A stretch of 64,000 nucleotides of DNA. Origin: an uncultured virus (IMG/VR IMGVR_UViG_3300001589_000005). Lineage: Duplodnaviria; Heunggongvirae; Uroviricota; Caudoviricetes. Within the stretch, counting starts at the first letter, position 1; every line of letters begins with the position of its first letter. The stretch covers positions 1-64,000 of IMG/VR virus record IMGVR_UViG_3300001589_000005. The stretch is one strand, 5' to 3'. This document shows positions 27,349 to 36,120 of this stretch, one piece after another. The notes under the pieces are model-generated. The model saw nothing but the letters and a program-made list of their open reading frames with translations, was not told where the DNA came from and ran no database searches. The position numbers and the translations under genes are program-made.

Positions 27349-28513
27349 TCAAGTAGATACAAACAATACCCTAGAACAATTTAGAGTAGAGTTTAATAAA
27401 TTAAGAAATGACGTTTCTGGTTTAGAAGCAGGAACAATCAACTATACTGCTTTGGCCGCAACAACTGGTTCATTTGGAGAACTTGCTGTTACTGGTACAT
27501 TTGCTGTTGCCACTTTCCAAATTAATGGTCAAGATCTTATTTTTGAAGGTTCTGTTGCTGATGCATTTGAAACAACTGTTCGTGCCACCAACCCTACTGC
27601 TGATAGAACTGTTACAATTCCAGACTTGTCTGGTACGGTTCAGTTACAAGGACAAGATCTTATTGTTGGTGACGATGGTAATATAGGTTCTACCTCTGCT
27701 AATACTTCAATGACTATCGCTGCAGATGGTCTTGTAACTTTTAACAACGGTGTTAATGGTATCGCAGTTGTTGGTTCGGTTGTGTTAGACAGCACTAACG
27801 GTAGTGCAAACGCTGGTGATAATGTTGTTCAAGATACTGCAGCTAATGTTAACGATAAAATTAACTTAGAAGATACTACAGAGGATGTATTCTCATATAG
27901 ATTTTTACCAAATATAGATGGACAGTTACAAAAAGTTCATAGATTTTTAGCAGAAAGATCCACACAAGATAGAGCATTATATTTAATTGGAGAACAATTT
28001 GACGACATTCTTATGGAAGATGGAACGTCTGATATTTTTGCTGAACAAGAATTTCCATTTACAAAGTTTGATAATGTAGAAAAGAAATCAAGAATTATAG
28101 TAGAAAATGCAAATAGAGTTAATGGTACAAATGAACTAGAATTTACCTTTGCAAATGATGAAGGTATAGAACTAGAAGATGGTACATTCGGACAGAACAC
28201 AGATTTTAATTCAGTAACCTCTGTGGGAAATATTACTACACAAGGTGATATCGTTTTTCGTGAAACAAATGATACAGCTGCAAACACTAAATTTTCAAGT
28301 ACAATAACTTTTAATGAACCTACTGCAAATAGAACCTTGACATTCCAAGATAATAGTGGTACAATAATAACTACTGGATCAATTGATTTAGTAGCAGAGG
28401 CAATGATGGCAGATGATTCAGTTGGTTCGGTACAACTAAAAACATTGTCAACTCTGTTAATTAAAAATAGTGCTGGATCAACTCTAAAAACGGTACACGG
28501 CGCAGGAGCTTAA
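27332..28513 (+). CDS. tail fibre/whisker-like structural protein
   Basis: N-terminal TLEQFRVEFN; two PTA(D/N)RT(V/L)T..D.SGT fibre repeats. Confidence 0.7.
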   Translation: MAITSNQVDTNNTLEQFRVEFNKLRNDVSGLEAGTINYTALAATTGSFGELAVTGTFAVATFQINGQDLIFEGSVADAFETTVRATNPTADRTVTIPDLSGTVQLQGQDLIVGDDGNIGSTSANTSMTIAADGLVTFNNGVNGIAVVGSVVLDSTNGSANAGDNVVQDTAANVNDKINLEDTTEDVFSYRFLPNIDGQLQKVHRFLAERSTQDRALYLIGEQFDDILMEDGTSDIFAEQEFPFTKFDNVEKKSRIIVENANRVNGTNELEFTFANDEGIELEDGTFGQNTDFNSVTSVGNITTQGDIVFRETNDTAANTKFSSTITFNEPTANRTLTFQDNSGTIITTGSIDLVAEAMMADDSVGSVQLKTLSTLLIKNSAGSTLKTVHGAGA

Positions 28514-28515
28514 TT

Positions 28516-29511
28516 ATGACAGCAAGAACACCCTTAAAATATGATGGTAGTGGAAATCTACAAGAAATGACTTCTGCTGAAATTACTGAATGGGTAACAC
28601 AAACTGCCTATCAATATGCAACAGCACCATCTGCTGTTCTAACGGTTGTATCATCTAGTGGTGCAAACATGACAGGCATGAATGATACTAGATTATCTGC
28701 TGGTGCTGCTTCAACCAGTGATGGTAACGAAAGTGGTGCTTCAACTTCTGCTGACTTTGTTGCAGAAGGTTCAACCCAAGAACCACAAACAGTTACAGTT
28801 GCATATGATAAAATTAATCTCGCATATACTATACCAACCTTTACTGCTGATACCAATAGTAAAGCTTTTCCAGTATATCAAGAGAATACTGGTGGAACAG
28901 TTAGAGCAATGACGGCACAAGATTTAGTAGACACATTTTGTAAACCAGCAATTGACTTGTTAGTTTCTGGAACAGAGAGTAACACAACTGGTGGAACTTA
29001 TACAGTTACAACTTCCGCTACATCTGCCACTAATTATTCACAAGTTTCAAGTGGTGCAGCTTTCTTTTTAGATACACGGGCAAACACTGGTGCATATTCA
29101 TCTGGCGGTATTCCAGAAACAGTAGACCAACCTACCACAGTAACAAGTTATTTTTTACATCAAAGAAGTGCTGTTGATACTAATCCATCAACAAATCTTT
29201 TGTATATTGACGGTGATAATAATTTAAGAGAATATGCAGAGGGTAGTGGTGTTGACATTGAGGCAATACTTAAAAACGCTATTCAATATGTCGCTGCTGG
29301 TGGTGGAAGTAACTCTAATTCTCACAAGATACTTTATACCTTTGCAGCCTCTGGTGGAAGCACTAGAGGATCTTCTGTTGTGGATACAAGACTAAACGGA
29401 AGTGGTAACTACCAAACAAGACAAGTTGGTAACTCTTATCGTTCACAAGAATTTCCTAACGGTTCTCCTGCTACAATCACAACAAGAAATTTGCGAATAA
29501 CTAAAGGTTAG
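28516..29511 (+). CDS. virion structural protein
   Basis: S/T/G-rich; MTARTPLKYDGSGNLQEM; inside tail module. Confidence 0.65.
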   Translation: MTARTPLKYDGSGNLQEMTSAEITEWVTQTAYQYATAPSAVLTVVSSSGANMTGMNDTRLSAGAASTSDGNESGASTSADFVAEGSTQEPQTVTVAYDKINLAYTIPTFTADTNSKAFPVYQENTGGTVRAMTAQDLVDTFCKPAIDLLVSGTESNTTGGTYTVTTSATSATNYSQVSSGAAFFLDTRANTGAYSSGGIPETVDQPTTVTSYFLHQRSAVDTNPSTNLLYIDGDNNLREYAEGSGVDIEAILKNAIQYVAAGGGSNSNSHKILYTFAASGGSTRGSSVVDTRLNGSGNYQTRQVGNSYRSQEFPNGSPATITTRNLRITKG

Positions 29512-29515
29512 GAAT

Positions 29516-29523
29516 TATAAATA
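29516..29523 (+). promoter_or_regulatory. T4-type late promoter
   Basis: TATAAATA upstream of ORF 29541. Confidence 0.7.
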
Positions 29524-29540
29524 ATGGAAAAGGAAAACAA

Positions 29541-30143
29541 ATGGCAATAGGTAACTCAATTTTTTCTGGAAGAATATGCGATGCAGCATACACTAATCCA
29601 GAGCATGATACTGTAGAAGTTCTTTACAGACAAGTTCATCCAGATGAGCCTTCTGGAACAGATGCAGAAATTAAAAAAGAATTTTATCTAAAAAAAGGTA
29701 ATATCGAAACGTATAAAATAAAAACTAGAGTGGTTTCACACTATGTTACAGTAGACGAAAACGATCACCAATTTCAAGATTTACTTAAAGAAGTTTCCTA
29801 TGAGGATTTAGAACGAAGAACTCTAGAAAACAATGAAGCAGTTAGGAATGATTTTAGATTTGCTTTTGACAACTATGCNAAAGAAAATGGTTTATATAAC
29901 TATGCAGAAAATCCAATAACTAAAAGTGAAGTCATTACGTCTAATATTGATAAGATGATTTTTGANTATGATGGTAGTTCTAAAGAAGATAAAGAAGACC
30001 TATTCAAACTAAAACTTAAAGTTTTTGAATTATCAATAGTAAAGGATAGTGAAGATAGAAAATTAAAGTCTGGGATTCGTAAGGCTGATAATCCCTTAGA
30101 TGTTTTCTATTACTACAAATTAATACTTGACAACACAAAATAA
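29541..30143 (+). CDS. hypothetical protein
   Basis: 200-aa ORF with AAGGA SD; EDLFKLKLKVFEL. Confidence 0.75.
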   Translation: MAIGNSIFSGRICDAAYTNPEHDTVEVLYRQVHPDEPSGTDAEIKKEFYLKKGNIETYKIKTRVVSHYVTVDENDHQFQDLLKEVSYEDLERRTLENNEAVRNDFRFAFDNYXKENGLYNYAENPITKSEVITSNIDKMIFXYDGSSKEDKEDLFKLKLKVFELSIVKDSEDRKLKSGIRKADNPLDVFYYYKLILDNTK

Positions 30144-30155
30144 ATCTGTTATAAT
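30127..30155 (+). promoter_or_regulatory. sigma70-type promoter (perfect consensus)
   Basis: TTGACA-17 nt-TATAAT with TG extension, upstream of GAGG SD and ATG 30180. Confidence 0.85.
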
Positions 30156-30179
30156 TATATAATTTAAAGTGAGGATACT

Positions 30180-30948
30180 ATGGAAAACACAGTATTGTGT
30201 GTACGTTGGGGTGACAAGTATGATGACACCTATGTTAAAAAACTTAAAGAACAATTAGAAAGACACCTTACAGTTCCTTTTAATTTTTACTGTCTTACAG
30301 ATAATCCAAAAGAAGAATATGATATAAAACTTCCCTACAGAATGGGATGAACATTACAGAGCAGATAAGAATATGTTTTGGGCATATCGTAAATGTTATA
30401 TGTTTAATGAGCAAAAATATTTTCCACAGATAAAAGGTACGAATTTTTTATACTTTGATATTGATATTCTTATTCATAATAATATAGATTGTCTGTTTGA
30501 ACTAGATATGAAACATCCTTATATTGTTAGAGGATGGTGGAATGATGCAGAGAACTGCCGAAAGAACTTTGGGCAAATAAAATCTACACCTTTAAATTCA
30601 TCTTGTATAAGATGGACAAGAGGACAATTAAGACCTATTGAAGAACATATAGAAAAAAATAAAGAAGTTGTATTTTTTACATACAGAACTATTGACAATT
30701 ATTTTAATCATTTCTTCTATAATATATGGGAAGAAGGTATGGAAACAAGTAAAAAATTTGATGATGTTCAACTATTAAAACCTTTCCCCAAAGGATGGAT
30801 ATACTCTTGGTACAAAGGTAATATTTTCCCAGACGATATGGAAACCAAGAAATTAAGAAAAGACTTGAAAATATGTTTGTTTAATAATAGTTATAATAGT
30901 GATGACGATGAGATGCCTGATATAGAAGAGATTAAAAAATTATGGTAG
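30180..30948 (+). CDS. glycosyltransferase-like (GT-A, DxD) protein with +1 frameshift near 30333
   Basis: MENTVLCVRWGDKY...FYCLTD joins the 30373 ORF (LYFDIDILI, LNSSCIRW) if one C of CTTCCCT is removed. Confidence 0.7.
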
Positions 30949-31682
30949 ACTATATTAAATATAAACCTTATACCTCAAATAATTGGTTCAATGCTGTAAA
31001 AGAAATACAAAAAAATAGACCTTGGATTACAAAAAGAATTACTGATTCTATGACAGCATCTCAAGTAGAAACTAAAATGTGGATTGCAGAGGAGATGCAC
31101 AATCTAAAACTATATCCAGAAAACTATGTTGTTCTGGGTGGTTGGTTTGCACACATTTTAACCAATGTGCTTATAGAAGAGTTGGGTGCCAAGTTTGTTA
31201 TGAACTATGAGATTGATAAAGATGCTCAATATGCTTCTTTTAAATTTAATAGATATTATAAAGAAAATGATATGTTTAGGTGTGTTAAGAAAAATGTTAT
31301 GACAGAACAAATAGGTAAATTGGGGATGATTACAAATCCAGAAGTAGAACAAAGAAAAAATGCTAGAGATTATGGCACAGGCTTTGAAATTGCTAATAAA
31401 ATTATATCTTATGATTGTATAATAAATACTTCATGTGAACATATGTTTCCTATGAAAAAATGGAAACGAATAAATCATTATTCATTAGACAATTTGAGAG
31501 GGTTCAAACACAACCCCTATTATATTTTACAATCCACAAGTGATGATAAATGGGAAGATCATATAAATTGTGTAGAGTCTGCTGATCAACTTGCAGAACA
31601 AGCAGAACTAACCGACATATTATTCTCTGGTAGTAAAATATTAGATAACGGATTAGAAAGGTTTATGGTGATAGGAAGATGA
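30942..31682 (+). CDS. class I SAM-dependent methyltransferase-like protein
   Basis: VVLGGWFA, YEID, IINTSCEHM, RFMVIG. Confidence 0.7.
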   Translation: MVDYIKYKPYTSNNWFNAVKEIQKNRPWITKRITDSMTASQVETKMWIAEEMHNLKLYPENYVVLGGWFAHILTNVLIEELGAKFVMNYEIDKDAQYASFKFNRYYKENDMFRCVKKNVMTEQIGKLGMITNPEVEQRKNARDYGTGFEIANKIISYDCIINTSCEHMFPMKKWKRINHYSLDNLRGFKHNPYYILQSTSDDKWEDHINCVESADQLAEQAELTDILFSGSKILDNGLERFMVIGR

Positions 31683-32425
31683 AGGGTATACATCATCAAA
31701 TAAGACAGTATTGTGCTCATCACGATATATGGTATTTAAAGATACCTTTAGATATTCCAAAAGAAATTATCAAAGAAGTTCATGATGTGTATGACAATGG
31801 ATTTTTTGTAGAACACAGATACGGAGACACTGCTGAAACTGGTGGTTGGAAATCTGCAGCTATACATAGTTGGGTTAAAAAGGGTGAAGATCAAAACATG
31901 GGTTGGCATCACACTATGAATCCAGATGGACATGGTTGCCGAGAGGAAGATGCTGTGTGGGGATGGACAGAAGTAAATGAATATGCTCCAGAGATGAAAA
32001 GATGGTTGAGGGATAGATTTCCACATAATCCTGGCAGTTATAGAAGATGTAGATTTATGTTATTAGAGCCTGAAGGCGTTATTACGGCCCACAACGATTC
32101 AAATGCTAAAAGAGATTCAGAGGGTAGAACACGGACTATTGCATCAGCAATTAATATTGCGATAACACAACCAAAAGGATGTTATCTAAGAAGAGCAGAT
32201 ACAAAAGAAGAATTGCCTTTTGAGGAGTGTACAGGCTACTGGTTTGACAACGGTGTAGCACATGAAGCATACAACGGTTCAAAAGAAAATAGATTTCATT
32301 TTATTATCCACGGTGGTGGTAATCAACAAAGACACGACTTGATGTTATATGCATTGAAAAAATTAGTTGGTAACGATGTTGAAAAAGATTTAGAGAAGTT
32401 TGGCAATGAGAATAGCAGGAATTAG
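31679..32425 (+). CDS. aspartyl/asparaginyl beta-hydroxylase-like 2OG-Fe(II) oxygenase
   Basis: RCRFMLLEPEGVITAHND...FDNGVAHEAYNGSKENRFHFI. Confidence 0.82.
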   Translation: MKGIHHQIRQYCAHHDIWYLKIPLDIPKEIIKEVHDVYDNGFFVEHRYGDTAETGGWKSAAIHSWVKKGEDQNMGWHHTMNPDGHGCREEDAVWGWTEVNEYAPEMKRWLRDRFPHNPGSYRRCRFMLLEPEGVITAHNDSNAKRDSEGRTRTIASAINIAITQPKGCYLRRADTKEELPFEECTGYWFDNGVAHEAYNGSKENRFHFIIHGGGNQQRHDLMLYALKKLVGNDVEKDLEKFGNENSRN

Positions 32426-33752
32426 TGAAGGTAGTCANGATGCTGGTTATTCTCTAATAGAAGATAGAGAAATACTTTATGCATCACATAGTGAACGATA
32501 TTCCCAAATAAAAGGTGATAGTAGAATCCATTCAAGTATGGTTCGTGTTTCAGATGTGAGAAGTTACTTTGAAAGTCCTTTCTGGAAAAATACTAGAAGA
32601 TTGTATGCTGGACAGAAATGGATAACCAAAAAACCAAAGTTTGATATGTGTTTCCCCCATCACAAAACACATGCAGCTGCTGGTTTCTACACATCACCAT
32701 TCCGAAAAGCAAATGTTATAGTTGTAGATGCAATAGGAGAATGGGATACTACTTCAATATGGTATGCCGATCAAGGTAATCTTTCCAAATATAAAACACT
32801 AAAGAAAATATATTCTCGTAAGTATCCTTGGTCTTTAGGATTGTTATATTCAGCCGTTACAGAAATATTGGGATATAAACCAAACGAAGAAGAATATATT
32901 GTTATGGGTATGGCTGCATTTGGAGAACCTAAACACAAGACAATGTTAAAAAGAAGATTAGACAACAACAATAATCACTATGGGTTAGATATAAAGTTTA
33001 CTGGTAAACCAGAAGATTTGGCTGCATCAGTTCAAGCAGTATACGAAGATGAATTACTAAGACTTGTAGAGAAATGCCCAGAAGAAAATTTAGTTATCAT
33101 GGGTGGTTGTGCTTTAAACTGTGTTGCAAATAGTAAAATACAAGGTAAGAATATATGGATAATGCCATCCCCAAGTGATGCTGGGTCTTCTTTAGGTGCG
33201 GCTGCAATGGTGTTTCAACAGAAACTAACATGGAGACATCCATATTTAGGATATGATATAAAAAGAGAAATAAATCCTAAAGAAGTTGTCAAACATTTAC
33301 TTAAACATAAAATGTGTGGTGTGGCAAATGGTAGGGCAGAGTTCGGCCCAAGAGCGTTAGGTAATCGTTCACTCATTGCTGACCCAAGAGAACCAATTAA
33401 AGATACAGTTAATGAAGTCAAACGAAGAGAGAAGTTTAGACCCTTTGCTCCAGCAATACTAGAGGAATACGCAGAGGAATACTTTGAAGGCCCAATGAAT
33501 CGATACATGCAATTTGTATCAAAATCAAAACACGACTACTCATCAGTGACACATGTAGATGGAACTTCAAGAGTTCAAGTTGTAGAAAAAGATTGTGTAT
33601 CCGTAATTAGACCTATTCTAGAAGAGTGGTATGACAAAACTGGTTGTCCTATGTTGTTAAACACATCCCTAAATATAAGAGGAAAACCAATAGTTAACAC
33701 ATGGGAACACGCTAATGATTTTGAAAAAGAAACAAAAGTTAAAGTTTTTTAG
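32406..33752 (+). CDS. carbamoyltransferase (NodU/CmcH family)
   Basis: HH.THAA, DAIGEW, MGMAAFG, GGCALNCVAN, EFGPRALGNRS, FRPFAP, THVDGTSRVQ, LLNTSLN. Confidence 0.95.
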   Translation: MRIAGISEGSXDAGYSLIEDREILYASHSERYSQIKGDSRIHSSMVRVSDVRSYFESPFWKNTRRLYAGQKWITKKPKFDMCFPHHKTHAAAGFYTSPFRKANVIVVDAIGEWDTTSIWYADQGNLSKYKTLKKIYSRKYPWSLGLLYSAVTEILGYKPNEEEYIVMGMAAFGEPKHKTMLKRRLDNNNNHYGLDIKFTGKPEDLAASVQAVYEDELLRLVEKCPEENLVIMGGCALNCVANSKIQGKNIWIMPSPSDAGSSLGAAAMVFQQKLTWRHPYLGYDIKREINPKEVVKHLLKHKMCGVANGRAEFGPRALGNRSLIADPREPIKDTVNEVKRREKFRPFAPAILEEYAEEYFEGPMNRYMQFVSKSKHDYSSVTHVDGTSRVQVVEKDCVSVIRPILEEWYDKTGCPMLLNTSLNIRGKPIVNTWEHANDFEKETKVKVF

Positions 33753-33840
33753 TAAATGGAAAATGAGATTCCTTTTATTCCTATCAACATTTAAAACTAA
33801 AAAAGAACGACAAGAAAGGGGTGTGATATACGATGAATGA
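33715..33840 (+). CDS. small basic peptide downstream of carbamoyltransferase (41 aa)
   Basis: Manually translated MILKKKQKLKFFSKWKMRFLLFLSTFKTKKERQERGVIYDE*; overlaps both neighbours. Confidence 0.5.
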   Translation: MILKKKQKLKFFSKWKMRFLLFLSTFKTKKERQERGVIYDE

Positions 33841-35413
33841 GTTTGAAAGTTACGATGATTTCTGTAAATTTGTAAATAAGATCAGCATTCAAAAACGGTA
33901 TGTTAGTGGATTCAGGCATAAAAAATATCCAGAAATAGTTTTTGGTGAAAAAGATGGGGGTGGGGGAAATATCTTTTGTCACATAGTTCATCTTCCTAAA
34001 AATATTAAATGGGATTGGAATATTCATGAGAATGCTCACACCACTTGGTTTAATACTGGTGGTGGACTTACTGGATGTGGTAGTGGTGCTCTAACTATCT
34101 GTTGTTGGAAAGATGAAGTTCATGACACGATATTAAATTTACCTAGTCATATTAAATATATTAGAATACTTAGATGTGGAATGAACTTTGCTGGACATGC
34201 AGATAAAACACCAATGTCATATTTCTTTGAGGACATTGCAAGGTGGGAGAGAAATGAAAATGACTATTGGGTTAAAGGACATATAATTGCAAAACCAGAT
34301 AAACCAGCAAACTTACACGACCAAGATATAATTCTTAATAGAGAATGGTGGAACAAACTTGGTTCACCTAAGATATTTAATTTGAGATTTACAGACTACG
34401 AAAGAGCAGATACAAACTTTCATGATGACTATACACCACATTGGTTAAAACCGAAAGACTATCCAATAATTAGAAACTTTTCAGAAGAAGAAAGAAAGAT
34501 AAAGGCGTTTTCTTATAATAGATATCCTAACGAACCAGTGACAAAAAAAACTGGAATACCTCAAAAGTATACATCTTTTAACGATGTGAGAAATAGTAAC
34601 AAATACTATCCAGTAAATACAGAAACTATGTCTACATTTATGAGAGAGATGAAAGAACATAAGCAAAAGTTGGGTGGGTTTGATGTTATTGTATCACCAA
34701 CTGCTGGTCTCATCACAGAATTTTTAGCAAAAGAACTTGACATTAAACATATAGTATTCTATGATATAACAGATATACACATAGAACTAAAGAAACAAAT
34801 AGTTGAACTTATTACTTATGCTGATGAATTTGAATGGTGGGTAAAAAACTGGAAGTCAAAAACACCAATAGATCCTTCTGCTATTGAACACATTGGCACT
34901 CGGCCGAAGATAGTAAGAGATGGTCTAGGATTAGATGTTGCAACATATCCGCCCATCGACAGAGATGGTCTAGGAATAGATGTTGCTGGGCCCAAACATA
35001 TAATTAAACATCCTAACGAACAAAGTGATCAATTATACGGTGCTGAGGGAGAACTTACAATAAGGAATGGAACTTTAGAACAACAACTTGAAAATTTAGA
35101 ATGGGCAAGAAATAATTGTAGAATAGATTATGTAAAGTTTGATTTACTAGAGGATGATTTTAGTGTGTTTTCAAAATATACAGATGGTAAAAAAGTGTTG
35201 TGGAACGCTAGTAATATATTTTCATTTGTGAAAACTCATATAGTTTATAGACTACCTCAAATCATGACAAGATATAATCTCCTACAGAATTTTCTACAAG
35301 ATTCAACGAAAGGATATATTTTTAAGGGGGCATATCCAAATAAAATACCAGTATTAATGGGTAAAGATGGATATATAAAAAATCCAAAAGGTGAAACTAT
35401 AAAGGTAGAATAA
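33833..35413 (+). CDS. hypothetical protein (modification cluster)
   Basis: 526-aa ORF; HDDYTPHWLKP; internal duplication. Confidence 0.75.
   Translation: MNEFESYDDFCKFVNKISIQKRYVSGFRHKKYPEIVFGEKDGGGGNIFCHIVHLPKNIKWDWNIHENAHTTWFNTGGGLTGCGSGALTICCWKDEVHDTILNLPSHIKYIRILRCGMNFAGHADKTPMSYFFEDIARWERNENDYWVKGHIIAKPDKPANLHDQDIILNREWWNKLGSPKIFNLRFTDYERADTNFHDDYTPHWLKPKDYPIIRNFSEEERKIKAFSYNRYPNEPVTKKTGIPQKYTSFNDVRNSNKYYPVNTETMSTFMREMKEHKQKLGGFDVIVSPTAGLITEFLAKELDIKHIVFYDITDIHIELKKQIVELITYADEFEWWVKNWKSKTPIDPSAIEHIGTRPKIVRDGLGLDVATYPPIDRDGLGIDVAGPKHIIKHPNEQSDQLYGAEGELTIRNGTLEQQLENLEWARNNCRIDYVKFDLLEDDFSVFSKYTDGKKVLWNASNIFSFVKTHIVYRLPQIMTRYNLLQNFLQDSTKGYIFKGAYPNKIPVLMGKDGYIKNPKGETIKVE
34916..34986 (+). 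repeat. 26-bp direct repeat with 45-bp period, in frame
   Basis: agagatggtctaggattagatgttgc (34916) / agagatggtctaggaatagatgttgc (34961). Confidence 0.85.
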
Positions 35414-36120
35414 TGGCAAAAATATTATGTGTACGGATAGGTGAAAAGTACGGCCCAGACTACGAAACATATCTAGAGAAAAAACTACCAGAACATGAAT
35501 TTATCTGGATACGACAACCGTATCACGATAGGGTTACTTTACAGTGGAATAAAATGTGGGGTATGCAACTCGACATTGATGAACCTATTTGTGTTATGGA
35601 CATTGACATATTACTTACAAATGATTATAAGAAAGTGTTTGACTATCCTATAAAGAAAGGTGAGTTTCTTGCAATGCCTGGTTGGTGGAGAGATACTAAT
35701 TCAGAGAACTACAAAATTAATGGTGGGTTCTTTAAATATTATCCAAAAGATTGTAGATACATCTATGATAAGTTTATGTCTGATATTCATAAATGGCAGA
35801 GACACTACATTGATAATGGAGTTACAAGTGGGCCTGTAAATGGAGAACAATACTTTGTTGAGGACAGTGTTAAAGAAAAATTAAAACTAAAACTTTTACC
35901 AGAAGCATGGTTTATTAGATGGGTTGCAAGTACGAAACCATTACAAAATCATAAATCAGAAAAATTGTTTATGATAAAAATGACAGAGAAATATACAGAA
36001 CTAACTGGAAATGAGTTTGCATATATGGGGGGAGAGTTTCACGAAGATATAAAATTTGTTCACTTTACACACTCTTCAAACAAACCACATGAATGGGCTG
36101 ACTATGAAATTTTTAAATAA
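35413..36120 (+). CDS. glycosyltransferase-like (GT-A, DxD) protein
   Basis: ILCVRIGEKYG, CVMDIDILL, INGGFFKY, GEQYFV, VHFTH..NKPH; paralog of 30180 gene. Confidence 0.72.
   Translation: MAKILCVRIGEKYGPDYETYLEKKLPEHEFIWIRQPYHDRVTLQWNKMWGMQLDIDEPICVMDIDILLTNDYKKVFDYPIKKGEFLAMPGWWRDTNSENYKINGGFFKYYPKDCRYIYDKFMSDIHKWQRHYIDNGVTSGPVNGEQYFVEDSVKEKLKLKLLPEAWFIRWVASTKPLQNHKSEKLFMIKMTEKYTELTGNEFAYMGGEFHEDIKFVHFTHSSNKPHEWADYEIFK

Noticed and set aside
34916..34986. CRISPR-like repeat-spacer-repeat
   Set aside because: Only two copies, a 19-nt gap, in frame inside a CDS, and no cas genes
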